A stretch of 47,472 nucleotides of DNA, from NCBI RefSeq assembly GCF_001194135.2, contig NC_068981.1, forward strand, positions 86,810,277 through 86,857,748. The letters are read 5' to 3'. Both the position numbers and the translations under genes were made by a program. Below the pieces are notes generated by a model, which saw only the letters and a program-made list of their open reading frames with translations, did no database searches and was not told where the DNA came from. Positions 23,801 through 35,245 of this stretch are shown one piece after another. The first letter of the stretch is position 1. Each line of letters begins with the position of its first letter. This stretch comes from Octopus bimaculoides (taxonomy: Eukaryota).

Positions 23801-25117
23801 TAGGACAAATTTGAAAAATATTTTTGAAAGTAACAATATTTGAATATTCCAACGCAAAGAATATTAATCGAGTGTTCATATTATCATTTCTTCTAAATGT
23901 AAATGTGATAGGCCTGACAGAGTTGTTTTGGGGCGGAAAATATGGAATGATTTACTCTTAACCAGGTAAATTGCCCAGCGGGTGTAAATATTTTATTCAA
24001 AACTGGTAATAAAAAGAATACTTAAGGACAATTATTTTGAAATATACAACTATACTACATAAATTATAGATTCACATTTTTATGCATAATTATTTGCACA
24101 CTCGGTTACGTTGAGTGTTTCAATAATAATCTCGGAAATTTGGGGTTTCCAAATGAAAACTGAGAGTGCGTAACCCGCGTTTGTGTAAATTTCAATCTGT
24201 AAGTGGGACAAAGAAAATAAGCAAAACTGTGTTGTTGTTTTCTTATAACTTGTAAATTTACAGGAAGAAATCGAAGAATTGAAATGAAACAACACACACA
24301 CACAAACACACAAACACACATACATGAGCTTCATAAGACGCTAACGTTAAATTCAAATTTTACGATGAAAGTAAACAAAGTTTTTTTTTTTTTAGAAGCG
24401 TTGAGATGTATTGTAAGATACAGAAATAAATTGAGAAACGCGTTTGATAAATAAATTTATTTCTGTATCTTACACAAACATGAATATATATATGTATGTA
24501 TATATNNNNNNNNNNNNNNNNNNNNNNNNNNNNNNNNNNNNNNNNNNNNNNNNNNNNNNNNNNNNNNNNNNNNNNNNNNNNNNNNNNNNNNNNNNNNNNN
24601 NNNNNNNNNNNNNNNNNNNNNNNNNNNNNNNNNNNNNNNNNNNNNNNNNNNNNNNNNNNNNNNNNNNNNNNNNNNNNNNNNNNNNNNNNNNNNNNNNNNN
24701 NNNNNNNNNNNNNNNNNNNNNNNNNNNNNNNNNNNNNNNNNNNNNNNNNNNNNNNNNNNNNNNNNNNNNNNNNNNNNNNNNNNNNNNNNNNNNNNNNNNN
24801 NNNNNNNNNNNNNNNNNNNNNNNNNNNNNNNNNNNNNNNNNNNNNNNNNNNNNNNNNNNNNNNNNNNNNNNNNNNNNNNNNNNNNNNNNNNNNNNNNNNN
24901 NNNNNNNNNNNNNNNNNNNNNNNNNNNNNNNNNNNNNNNNNNNNNNNNNNNNNNNNNNNNNNNNNNNNNNNNNNNNNNNNNNNNNNNNNNNNNNNNNNNN
25001 NNNNNNNNNNNNNNNNNNNNNNNNNNNNNNNNNNNNNNNNNNNNNNNNNNNNNNNNNNNNNNNNNNNNNNNNNNNNNNNNNNNNNNNNNNNNNNNNNNNN
25101 NNNNNNNNNNNNNAGGG

Positions 25118-25208
25118 AAGAAGAAGAAGAAGAAGAAGAAGAAGAAGAAGAAGAAGAAGAAGAAGAAGAAGAAGAAGGGGAGGAGGATGACAAGAAGAAG
25201 AAGAAGAA

Positions 25209-25255
<47 letters not shown>

Positions 25256-25310
25256 AGAAGAAGAAGAAGAAGAAGAAGAAGAAGAAGAAGAAGAAGAAGA
25301 AGAAGAAGAA
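25118..25310. repeat. (GAA)n tract, about 190 bp
   Basis: Directly visible, with a few interruptions. Confidence 0.97.
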
Positions 25311-26881
25311 TGTGGGAGTGCCATGATAGTAGTATGTTTAATGGTCAAGTGCCCTGAAAATGACCCGTTGTGGATGGTAGTAATTCCTGAAATATCTCTT
25401 TTGAATGTTTTGTTTCAAAAAAATTTCTGTAGGTGCTATTCTAAACAGCAATAGTGGTAAAGTTAGGAATGAGGTGGCGGAGAGGAAGAACACGAAGAGG
25501 AAGAAGACGAAAGAGAAGGGAGAATAAGAAGAATGTAGGTAGTATGATAGTAGTAAGGTGTTAAATGGTCTGATGACCTAAAAGTGGCTCCATGTGGATT
25601 ATAGCAGTGATTGGGACTGTTTTTTAATGAATTCTTGGGAATCTCTTGAGTGTACCATTTTTAATATTTGCGTGAGTGTTTGTGTTATTCTAAGGCCGCG
25701 GTGGATATGTCGTTTGTTGTAGATGCGTTCAAGAGGGGTCTGTATTTTGTAAGAAAGAGAATCTCTTTATTAATTCGTTAGCTACAGGTTGTATCGTCCC
25801 TGAATTGGTAGAGAGGAAAAATTCTGAAGCTTGGATTTTTGTTATTGGCGCAAATGTCTATGTGTTGGCTGAATGCTATTTTTCTGTTTTGGTGAATTTT
25901 GATCTGGGATCTGTGCAGAGCCATTCTTTTACGTAGACTATTTTTTGTTTGGCCTACGTATTGCTCTTGACACCCAGAGCAGGTTAGTGCGTATATAAGG
26001 CTCTCCAAAGCACATGTGAAGTTGCTTTTCACTGTGAAACGTTGTCCCTGTTTGAAGAACTCTGATTGAATGTTTACGTCAAGTCCATTTATAAATGCTT
26101 GAAATTCTTGAAGTTTCTTTATATTTTCATGCCAAAGAATGAAACAGTCATCCAGGTATCTCTTCCAATTATTTTCTATATAGAGGGAGAATGGGCTGTT
26201 GTACTTTTCTAAAACCTTATGATAAAGATTAATTTCTAGATATCCCATGACCAAGTTAGCAAAGGAGGGGGCCATTCTCGTACCCATCGCAGTCCCCGAA
26301 TTTTGTCGGTAGAAGTTGTCTTTGAAGACGAAGTAGTTATTTTCCAGGATGAATTTTAACCCTTCTGAAACGAATTCTTTTTTGATGCGATGTGGGAGTT
26401 CGTTGGCGTAATTCTCTAGCCAGAATTGAATTGCCTCTATTCCTAGGTTGTGGGGGATATTGGAATAAAGGTTGACTACATCGAAGGATACTAGTAGGGT
26501 GTTTTTGTTTATTGTTTTAGGAAGGTGATTGAGCATATCCAGGTCGTCCCTTATATAGCTTTTCTCATGCTTGAGGAATGGTTTTAAGAGGTTATCTAAA
26601 AAGTATCTAAAACACCATTTAACATCTTACTACTATCATACTACCCACATTCCTTATTATTCTCCCTTCTCTTTCTTCTTCTTCTTCTTCGTGTTCTTCC
26701 TCTCCGCCACCTCCTTCCTAACTTTACCACTATTGCTGTTTAGAATAACACCTACGCAAATTTTATAAACAAAACATTCAAAAGAGATATTTCAGGAATT
26801 CAATCACTACTACCATCCACAACGAGTCATTTTCAGGGCACTTGACCATTTGACATATTACTATCATGGCACTCCCGCATT
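25310..26881 (-). mobile_element. Penelope-like element, 5'-truncated, internally deleted, with inverted terminal arms
   Basis: ORF 25778-26536: SFDVVNLYSNIPH, QNSGTAMGTRMAPSFANL, WKRYLDDCFILW (RT) joined to LIYALTCSGCQEQYVGQT (GIY-YIG). The reading continues past a premature stop (RINKEILFLTKYRPLLN). Arms 25310-25569 and 26614-26881 are inverted, roughly 90% identical by eye. Confidence 0.95.
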
Positions 26882-26953
26882 CTTCTTCTTCTTCTTCTTC
26901 TTCTTCTTCTTCTTCTTCTTCTTCTTCTTCTTCTTCTTCTTCTTCTTCTTCTT
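26880..26953. repeat. (TTC)n tract
   Basis: Directly visible. Confidence 0.97.
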
Positions 26954-28378
26954 CCCTATCAAAAATTCACAACGACCTCGAACTCACAAGAGTCAACCAG
27001 AGAGACAGAAATAAGCAGAAACAAGGAAAATGCCACTTGTATTTGGACACTATGCAAATANNNNNNNNNNNNNNNNNNNNNNNNNNNNNNNNNNNNNNNN
27101 NNNNNNNNNNNNNNNNNNNNNNNNNNNNNNNNNNNNNNNNNNNNNNNNNNNNNNNNNNNNNNNNNNNNNNNNNNNNNNNNNNNNNNNNNNNNNNNNNNNN
27201 NNNNNNNNNNNNNNNNNNNNNNNNNNNNNNNNNNNNNNNNNNNNNNNNNNNNNNNNNNNNNNNNNNNNNNNNNNNNNNNNNNNNNNNNNNNNNNNNNNNN
27301 NNNNNNNNNNNNNNNNNNNNNNNNNNNNNNNNNNNNNNNNNNNNNNNNNNNNNNNNNNNNNNNNNNNNNNNNNNNNNNNNNNNNNNNNNNNNNNNNNNNN
27401 NNNNNNNNNNNNNNNNNNNNNNNNNNNNNNNNNNNNNNNNNNNNNNNNNNNNNNNNNNNNNNNNNNNNNNNNNNNNNNNNNNNNNNNNNNNNNNNNNNNN
27501 NNNNNNNNNNNNNNNNNNNNNNNNNNNNNNNNNNNNNNNNNNNNNNNNNNNNNNNNNNNNNNNNNNNNNNNNNNNNNNNNNNNNNNNNNNNNNGTTGATA
27601 TGTATAAGGAAAATAAGACAAGTTAAAAAATGTTAAAGTACTTTTGTCATGAAGAACATTTTAGCACAGGTTTCAGTTTTTTCGACTTTTTTAACTTAGA
27701 ATAAAGCAAGAAAAACAATTCAATTGTAGAAAAATTAAATGAAATGTTTTTTAGAAATATTTCCATAGTCTTCAAATAGGTAGGACATTTTCCTTTTTTC
27801 CTGTCTGTCTCTTTTATTTTTGTGAAGGCTCGTAGCAAATCTGAAGAAAAAGTTAACATTGGCTAACATGCTCTTAAAAAAGACTCCAATCAGTTTCAAC
27901 TGAAAAGTAAACAGGTTGCTGGAGACGGTAATAAAGATTTAATTAGACAGGTTACTCTGTATTTCTTGTTTTTTTTCGAAGACTTTTCACTAATTGAAGA
28001 TTATATTTATAGTACTTATTACATCTTGATCAAATTTCACAATTTACTGGGTATAAAGTATCCACTACGTTTTAATTCGATCAAAATTAATCTGGTTCTT
28101 ACAAGCAGCTGCGAGAAGAGAAATAAACCTGTATTGTCGCAAAGTACGGCCTGATTTCTTTTATTATACAGCTTTCAGGTCAGCCCTGGTAGAGTACACC
28201 TGTGACAAAAGGCAGGCATTCCAGTTGTGGCCACTCAATCCTTCATCCTTCAGGCATAGTGAATTTAGGACTACATTATCTATTCTTTAATGATAGTAAG
28301 GTGTGATATGAGGGAAATTTGGTTGTTAGTTCTAGCAGGTTAGGCGACCACGTAGACGCTCTTTTTTATATTGGTGTA

Positions 28379-28440
28379 CAAGGCTGGGTGATTTTAAACT
28401 GCCGGTAGATAGTTTCAGGTGATCTATCAAACGCAATAAC
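28379..28440 (+). mobile_element. Possible hAT terminal sequence
   Basis: CAAGGCTGGGTGATTTTAAACTGCCGGTAGATAG resembles Charlie-type ends; no partner end found. Confidence 0.3.
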
Positions 28441-29273
28441 TCACTGATAACCTTGCATCGCTATACTTTAGTCTAGAACCATCTTCGACGAATGCCATCT
28501 CAGCGGACTTTGAAATGTGCCAATAAATTTCACATCTGCAGAACATCTATCAGTTACTCCTGTTCTCTGTTATAGTCAGTCGGTTTATCACTACAAAAGC
28601 CAACAAACATAACTCTACTCTCAGAAGCCATTGCTCGGTCCTGCATATTAGAATATTTTCATAACCGTTCTTCAATATTTTATCGTCTGTAGCAGGAATG
28701 CTACTGATGAGTTTTTCCTCCCAGATCTGGGTTTTTTTTTAGCAATGATGGGTTTATGGGTTTTAATTTCCAAATTTACATCAAACCTTGGTTTTTAAGT
28801 TAATTTTGGCTGCAAACTTATCTTTTAAAAATAATTCGCTATCATGCTCTTTGTGTGCAATATGTACCAAAGTTGCACCTCTTCTAATACTTTGTAAACT
28901 TTCTATATATCATCCATAATCATCTCACCTAATGAATTTATCAATATAAATATTGTATGTGACGTAATTACCGATCGTACGCATTCATTGTTTGTTTATA
29001 ATTGTATCATACCGGGCAACTACAAGTTACAACCTGTTGGTGGCCGCTTGTACACTTGTCTGAAAGTCTGACACCACCAGTTGACAGTCTGACTGTGTTG
29101 ATGGTGTACGCTTCGATTGTTACTCGCGATTTAAAATTTGTTTAACAACATTTTGAGTGAGTGTTTTTGTTTTGTAACGGGGTCCAAAACAGCGCCCAAA
29201 GGTTAACAGTTATCTGCTACGTTCGTATGTACATATAATAGAGAGAGGAAGTTTACTAGAGTTCACTAAAATA

Positions 29274-30084
29274 GGTAACAAGAGCGGATTTCAAAAGTTA
29301 TTGAGAAACCATTTTCCGACTGTATTTACAATAGGCTGTGTTTGCCATTTGTTTGCACTTTGTTCAAGTCGTGCAGTGAAGGTGTTACCTTCATATCCCG
29401 AGTCCTTTTTAAAGGACTTAACTTTTCTCGAAATAGCAAACGTCAAAATGACTTTAATATGATACAAAGTGTTTCTGGCACAAAAGAAAACAAGATTCCA
29501 AAGCTTTCGCAAACTAGATGGTTGTCGCGTGAAAATGTAATTAATGTTATAATAGAACAGTAGAATGCCATTTTACTTTATTTTCAGTCAGAGGCTAAAG
29601 TAGAAAAAGTGGACGGAGCAAAAAGGATCTATGAAACAATGATTAACAAAGGGACGAAGCACATGCTGCTCTTCTTACATTATATATTAAATCACTTAGC
29701 TTGAAATTTGTAAAAGGGCTTTCCCGATAGTGAAATAGCTAAAAAATCTACAAATGAAAGAAAAACGTAATTAGCATACATTATGCAAGATGGAATTGCA
29801 CATTATGAACGAAATGAAATTTTGGAAATCCTCAAGAAACAAAAGTTTTCATTACTGATAGATGAGAGTATGGACATCTCAATGACACAAATCTTAGGAA
29901 TAGTTGTTCACATTTTTGATGAACAATCGCTTAATGTCTAGCATGCTCTTCTGGATAATATTGCAGTAGAAAATGGTTCGTCTCAGGGTTTGTACGATAC
30001 TGTCAAGTCTACGCTTACAAAAGAAGATGTCTCTATGAGCAACATACTTGGATTTGCCAGCGATAATTGCTCGACAATGATGGT
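29274..30084 (+). mobile_element. hAT transposase catalytic-core remnant with permuted halves
   Basis: 29274-29689: GNKSGFQKLLRNHFPTVFTIGCVCHLFALC...KIPKLSQTRWLSRENVINVIIEQ. 29690-30084: RAFPDSEIAKK...KFSLLIDESMDIS...ILGFASDNCSTMM. Confidence 0.88.
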
Positions 30085-30089
30085 TTAGA

Positions 30090-30345
30090 AGGATAGGTTG
30101 TATTCTATCTAATGTGACTCTACTCAGAAGACTGTATTATCATTTGACAGGAACACGGTTTAAAGAAATACATGGAACAATACCAACCAATCAGAGTGGT
30201 TACAAATTTTCCCCTGGGTGGCATGCCAGTCCGTTGCAGGAAATACTCCTTTTTCTGGGCTGAGTGTACTGGAGCAACCGCCCCATCCAGGAATTGAAAC
30301 CTCAACCTTACGGTTGAGTAAGCCACGCGCTCCGCTACGATGAAC
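30090..30345 (-). mobile_element. Degenerate tRNA-headed SINE-like sequence (fourth type)
   Basis: Minus strand GGAGCGCGTGGCTT...GAGGTTTCAATTCCTGG has A/B-box-like motifs. Confidence 0.45.
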
Positions 30346-30454
30346 AGTAAAACAAAAAAGAAGAAATTTACTTCGGCGGAATTTGAACTGACAATGGTTT
30401 AAAGCAGAGCAAAAGCCACAAACACTGTAAGGATTATGCGATAATAAGACCAGT

Positions 30455-30699
30455 TGTGGCTGTTGGCACTCCGTCGTTTACGACGTCGAGGGTTCCAGTT
30501 GATCCGATCAACGGAACAGCCTGCTCGTGAAATTAACGTGCAAATGGCTGAGCACTCCACAGACACGTGTACCCTTAACGTAGTTCTCCGGTATATTCAG
30601 CGTGACACAATGTGACAAGGCTGGCCCTTTGAATTACAGGCACAACAGAGTAAGAGTGAGAGAAAGTTGTGGTGAAAGAGTACAGCAGGGTTCGCCACC
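30455..30699 (-). mobile_element. SINE family C, 3' part (cut by N gap)
   Basis: Reverse complement of about 13005-13248 (GGAACAGCCTGCTCGTGAAATTAACGTGCAA...). Confidence 0.92.
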
Positions 30700-30796
30700 N
30701 NNNNNNNNNTTCAAAATCAATCAGAATTAATAGAAAGCGAAAAGTTTGGCCTTTCATGCGCGAGACCAATTTTTGCTCTATTTGTATCGAATTTCT

Positions 30797-30950
30797 GGTG
30801 TATTTACGTCTCCGTAACTTAACGGTTCAGCAAAAGAGACCAATACGAGGCTTACAAAGAATAAGTCCTGGGGTCGAGTTGTTCGACTAAAGGAGGTGCT
30901 CCAGCATGGCCGCAGTCAAATGACTGAAACAAGTGAAAGAATGAAAGAAT
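30797..30950 (+). mobile_element. SINE family A, 3' part
   Basis: GGTGTATTTACGTCTCCGTAACTTAACGGTTCAGC...CCAGCATGGCCGCAGTCAAATGACTGAAACAAG. Confidence 0.9.
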
Positions 30951-30965
30951 TTGTATGCAGACACA

Positions 30966-32236
30966 CAAGCCGGTCGACTGAAAGGTTCATAGGCTGACTT
31001 GTATAGTCTCATGGAATGTGATCAAATGAGGTTACTTTTCAAGATAGTCCCCCATGCGGTCCACGCACATCTTCCATCGGTGTTACAGTGCTTGGATCCT
31101 ATTGTCGAAGAAGTTTTTATCCTGTTAGCCAAAAAAGTAACCAACAGCAGACATGACGTAATCATCACTGCGATACGGGTTCCTGGACAAGTATTTTTTT
31201 ATGTTGGGCAACAGATGATAGTCAGATGGAGTCAAATCGGGAGAATAGGGTCCGTGATCAACTAAATCAAAGTCACAGTCACACACAGTAGTCTTTGAAA
31301 CCAGGAATTGTACTGAAGCATTATCCTAATGAAAGAAGACCACTTTCGTCAGTTTTCCAAGGTGTTTGGTCTTGATAGCCTTTTGTAACTGCCTCAGCAA
31401 TATGGCATTGTACTCTCCATTAATAGTGTGACTCTTTTGAAGATATTCGACAAACACAATACCTTTTACATCCCCTAAAACTGAGGTTATCACTTTCCCC
31501 GCAGATAAAATGCTCTTCACCTTCTTTGGAACAAGTGAGGAGGGGATGTTTCCACTACATAGATTGTTTCTTTGTCCCTGGCTCAAAGTGACGAAGCTAG
31601 CATTTATCCTGAGTTAGATGTTCAAAGAAACCAGCTGGAAACTGCCTTGAACAATGTCAGATTTTCCCGTGATATGATCAGCCTGGTGCCCTTTAGGTCA
31701 GGTGTCAGAAGACGTGGCAGCCAGCAAGCAGATACCTTCGTCATTCCAAATACATTGAGAAGAATATTCACAATCCTCTCATGGGATATGCTAATAGCAT
31801 TGGTTATTTGATTTATAATCAATCCCTGTCATCCACCAGCATGTGGTGAACACGATCAATGTTTTCCTCGGTGATGGCAGTAGCAGGACGTCCAGACCTT
31901 TTGTCATCTTCAAGATTCTCCCTTCCCTCCTAAATTCAGCTGTTCACTTTTGCCCTGTTGATAAAGCTGGAGTGTCACCCCTAATGTAACAACTATGTCA
32001 GCATGAATGTCCTTGGGGGAAGGTATTTGATAACACCACAATGCCAAATTTTGTCCATTTCCAAGAAAGGCCGCTTCTAGTTACTTTTGAAGTGTTCTTT
32101 GAACAGTCAGATATCAGTTTTCCAGGGAAGACACAATGCAGTTATAGGAAGAGATGAAATGAATGCATGCAAAATTTGACAGTTCGAGCATCACTCCTTC
32201 ATAGTCAGCCAATGAGCTTTCCAGCCCATCCACGTA
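30966..32236 (-). mobile_element. Near full-length mariner (Tc1/mariner) element, inactivated transposase about 31032-32058
   Basis: MDKIWH.GVIKYL start, SACWLPRLLTPD (WVPRLL), SAGKVITSVLGDVKGIVFVEYLQK, antisense YSPDLAPSDYHL region, GDYLEK* end. Degenerate TIRs: CTGAAAGGTTCATAGGCTGAC left versus CTGGAAAGCTCATTGGCTGAC right (reverse complement). Length about 1.27 kb. Confidence 0.92.
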
Positions 32237-32608
32237 TATACACATTTGAATTCACAAAGTCTTTCCCGGATATTGGCTGAGATTAAATTGATTTTCGTTA
32301 TGTTCATCCTAGAAAGGAAATTTGAAAGATGATTGATAATGCTTGTTTATTGTAGCCTCTGAGTAGTTCTTGAGTAGCCTGTGAGTAGGTCTTATTGTAG
32401 GTCTTGAGTTTTGTGTATGAGCGATAACCATTGGATTTAGTTTCAAATCAGCATTAAATTTGTGATTCTGTATTTCGATGCTTTATAGCCAGAAGCAGTT
32501 TTTTTTTAAATTCTATGGTAAAAGACGTTTTTCTAAAGATACACTTTCATAATAAAGTAACGTCAGTGACAATGAAGTTTTACCTGTCAGCATAGCTTTC
32601 TTCTGTTA

Positions 32609-33720
32609 CGAAGTTTCTCCCGAAAGTTATGCAAGGTAAACATATTTTTATTAACTGGAAAAGGTCGTTCAAAACTGAACGTATTAGTAGAATGACTCTT
32701 CCACTATACAAAGGTATTGCTCAACACAGTCTCTCCACAAGCTTTGGATTTGCATCATCATTAAATCCAAATCTGGAATCGTTTTTGCAAAACTTCAAAT
32801 ATGTACTGTTGCATCCATTACTTCAGAGCCACTTTCACGACGACGACTGTATCATCGACTTCCAGTCATTGCACAATGCTGGCGGGCACAAGATTCGGGT
32901 TGTGAAATGGATGGAAGACCGCTAACCAGTCTGAAGTGTCACTTGCCTGACTTGTTACATGTAGTCGAGCATTGCCATGGTGACTAATGAATCATTTTCA
33001 GATTCTTCTTAATAAGTGTCTCAGTGCACCGTATGTTGTTCATGGTAAGTCGCGTTCCAGATAATCAAAAGAGCAGCACAGCCTTACAATTTCAAAAACA
33101 ATCATCATCCCTTTGTGTGTTGATCACTGGTTTTTGCAAAACAGTCTTGACACCATTCCATGAATAGATCCTTCGTTTCTCTTATCATAAAGATACGCCT
33201 GTTTTTCTTTCGCTGACTCGAGATTGAAAAAGCGTATCCTCATTGGCTTCAGGCCTTTCTAGCTTCAGACATACACCATTTAAGCCTTCAAATTGTGTGC
33301 TACCCGCCGATGTACCCACTTTGCACACATTTCCCTATGCCAAAAATCTTCCACCATCTTCTGAGAGGCATTGTGACCACGGTCCAACAAGGTCATGGAT
33401 TGTGATTCGTCTGTCTTCGAATCAGTTCGTCTACTTGCAGTTGTTGGTCTACCACAGCGTGGTTTCTCTCTAATACTGGTTTCGCCGTCTTTATACTTCT
33501 TTATCCATCTGTACGCGTTGCCCTTGTCAATGGTGTCATCTCTGTAAACAATTTGTAGCTTTCTACAAATGTCGGTTGCATGTAACCCTCCATTGTCAAA
33601 AATTCAATGACGGTACGTTGCCGCTGCTTCAAATCTATTATTTAACTGCAATGAACAACAGAAAGCAGAATTTGTATGGAAGAAGTGATACTCTACCAAC
33701 ATGAGCAATTTCAAGCCAGA
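32609..33720 (-). mobile_element. Second, older mariner element of a different subfamily
   Basis: QRTVIEFLTMEG, YRWIKKYKDGETSIREKPRCGRPTTAS (helix-turn-helix/GRP), CAKWVHRR (WVPR), HGNARLHV (HDNARPH), HPFHNPNLVP (HPPYSPDLAP); many lesions. Confidence 0.8.
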
Positions 33721-33786
33721 GAAGATTCTTCTTTCGATCTTGAGGCGGCGAATGTAAGTTAATAAAAAAAAGATATGTCCATTTTT

Positions 33787-33787
<1 letters not shown>

Positions 33788-33864
<77 letters not shown>
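33788..33864. repeat. (CA)n microsatellite
   Basis: Directly visible. Confidence 0.97.
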
Positions 33865-33866
<2 letters not shown>

Positions 33867-34167
33867 GCACACATACACACACATATATATATATACACAA
33901 ATTACACATATATATTCGTTTCCTGGCCTCAGTCATCGTTCTACAGACTTACTGACCAAAGCTTTCAAGGGATCTGACCATTATGTCGACCTCAGTATTT
34001 TAGCTTGTACCTTTTTTTATGGATGGATATTAATCAAATGGCTCAGTTATCTTTTAAATGTAACAGCAGTTATATTTTTGGCAGGTAAGTATGAGCCATG
34101 AGAGATATAACGTTTATACACTCATACATATGTACGCGCGTGTATGTTTATGTGTGTGTGTGTGTGA

Positions 34168-34222
<55 letters not shown>

Positions 34223-34224
34223 TG

Positions 34225-34345
34225 TACACGATTGGCTTCTGCACTGTTTCCGCTTGTTAAATGCCACCTACAACCGAAGCTATAGTAGAAGACGTTTGCG
34301 CAAGTTGGCGTGGTTGTAAATCGCATTTCTTAATCACACAGCTAT
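34225..34345 (-). mobile_element. Degenerate SINE family A head fragment
   Basis: GGCTTCTGCACTGTTTCCG...GCTATAGTAGAAGAC...CTTAATCACACAGC resembles the reverse complement of the A 5' half. Confidence 0.65.
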
Positions 34346-35104
34346 CGCCACACATATACTTTGCAATAGATTATGCATCAATATTAGTGTAAAATTAGAA
34401 CCCGTAAATGTATTATATGATATTCTCGATGGTAATCTTAAAAAAAATAAACAGAATTTTTCAATTATACACACAGTTTATGAAGAAATTCAATACTGAA
34501 AATGTTTGAAAATCATCTGGTAAAAGAAAACAAATAATAATTCGAAACTATATTTAAAATTTCGAATATTTGTAGTCTTTTAGCTAAAATGTCAGTTGAA
34601 GCTTGATATTATGGACAATATTCCCGTTAAAACTGACAACATATTCAAAAGAGTATTTATAGAGAATAGAAACTATGGATATTGAAATATAAAATCGCTA
34701 AGTATGATAATCCGAGCGATAAGGTTCAGATTATGAACGCACTGTGACACATTATTCATTCAATGAATAATGATATGAAGAAACAGAATTCCGGAGAAGA
34801 TATAAAACGCTTTTACAGACGAATGAGAAAGAAATAGGAGAAAGTAAGATGAAATGGAAGATAATGAGAAATCCGAGAAAGAGATAAAGGAAGAGAGAGT
34901 ATAGAAAGAAATAGAACTAATTAGCTAATAAATACATAACCAATAATAATCAGTTTACATTCGGTATACAATTAAAAAAGGGTTTGTGATACCTTCAAAG
35001 TGTGCCAACCCCAGCATCTCGTTAGGGTCTGGTGAATAACGGATTAAAGTTGCAGTATGGCTCTATTCCTGATCCTTTATTTCTTGACGAATTGCTTCTG
35101 TCTT

Positions 35105-35148
35105 ACGCACACACGCGCGCGCGCACGCACACACACACACGCACACAT

Positions 35149-35240
<92 letters not shown>
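35105..35240. repeat. (CG/CA)n microsatellite
   Basis: Directly visible. Confidence 0.97.

Positions 35241-35245
<5 letters not shown>

Noticed and set aside
24360-25348. Long ORFs of 248-292 aa (also 13414-13998 and 26866-27636)
   Set aside because: Made of N runs and GAA/TTC or other microsatellite codons.
25566-25590. CTGATGA in the Penelope arm as a hammerhead core
   Set aside because: Antisense to the element and no GAAA after a stem II.
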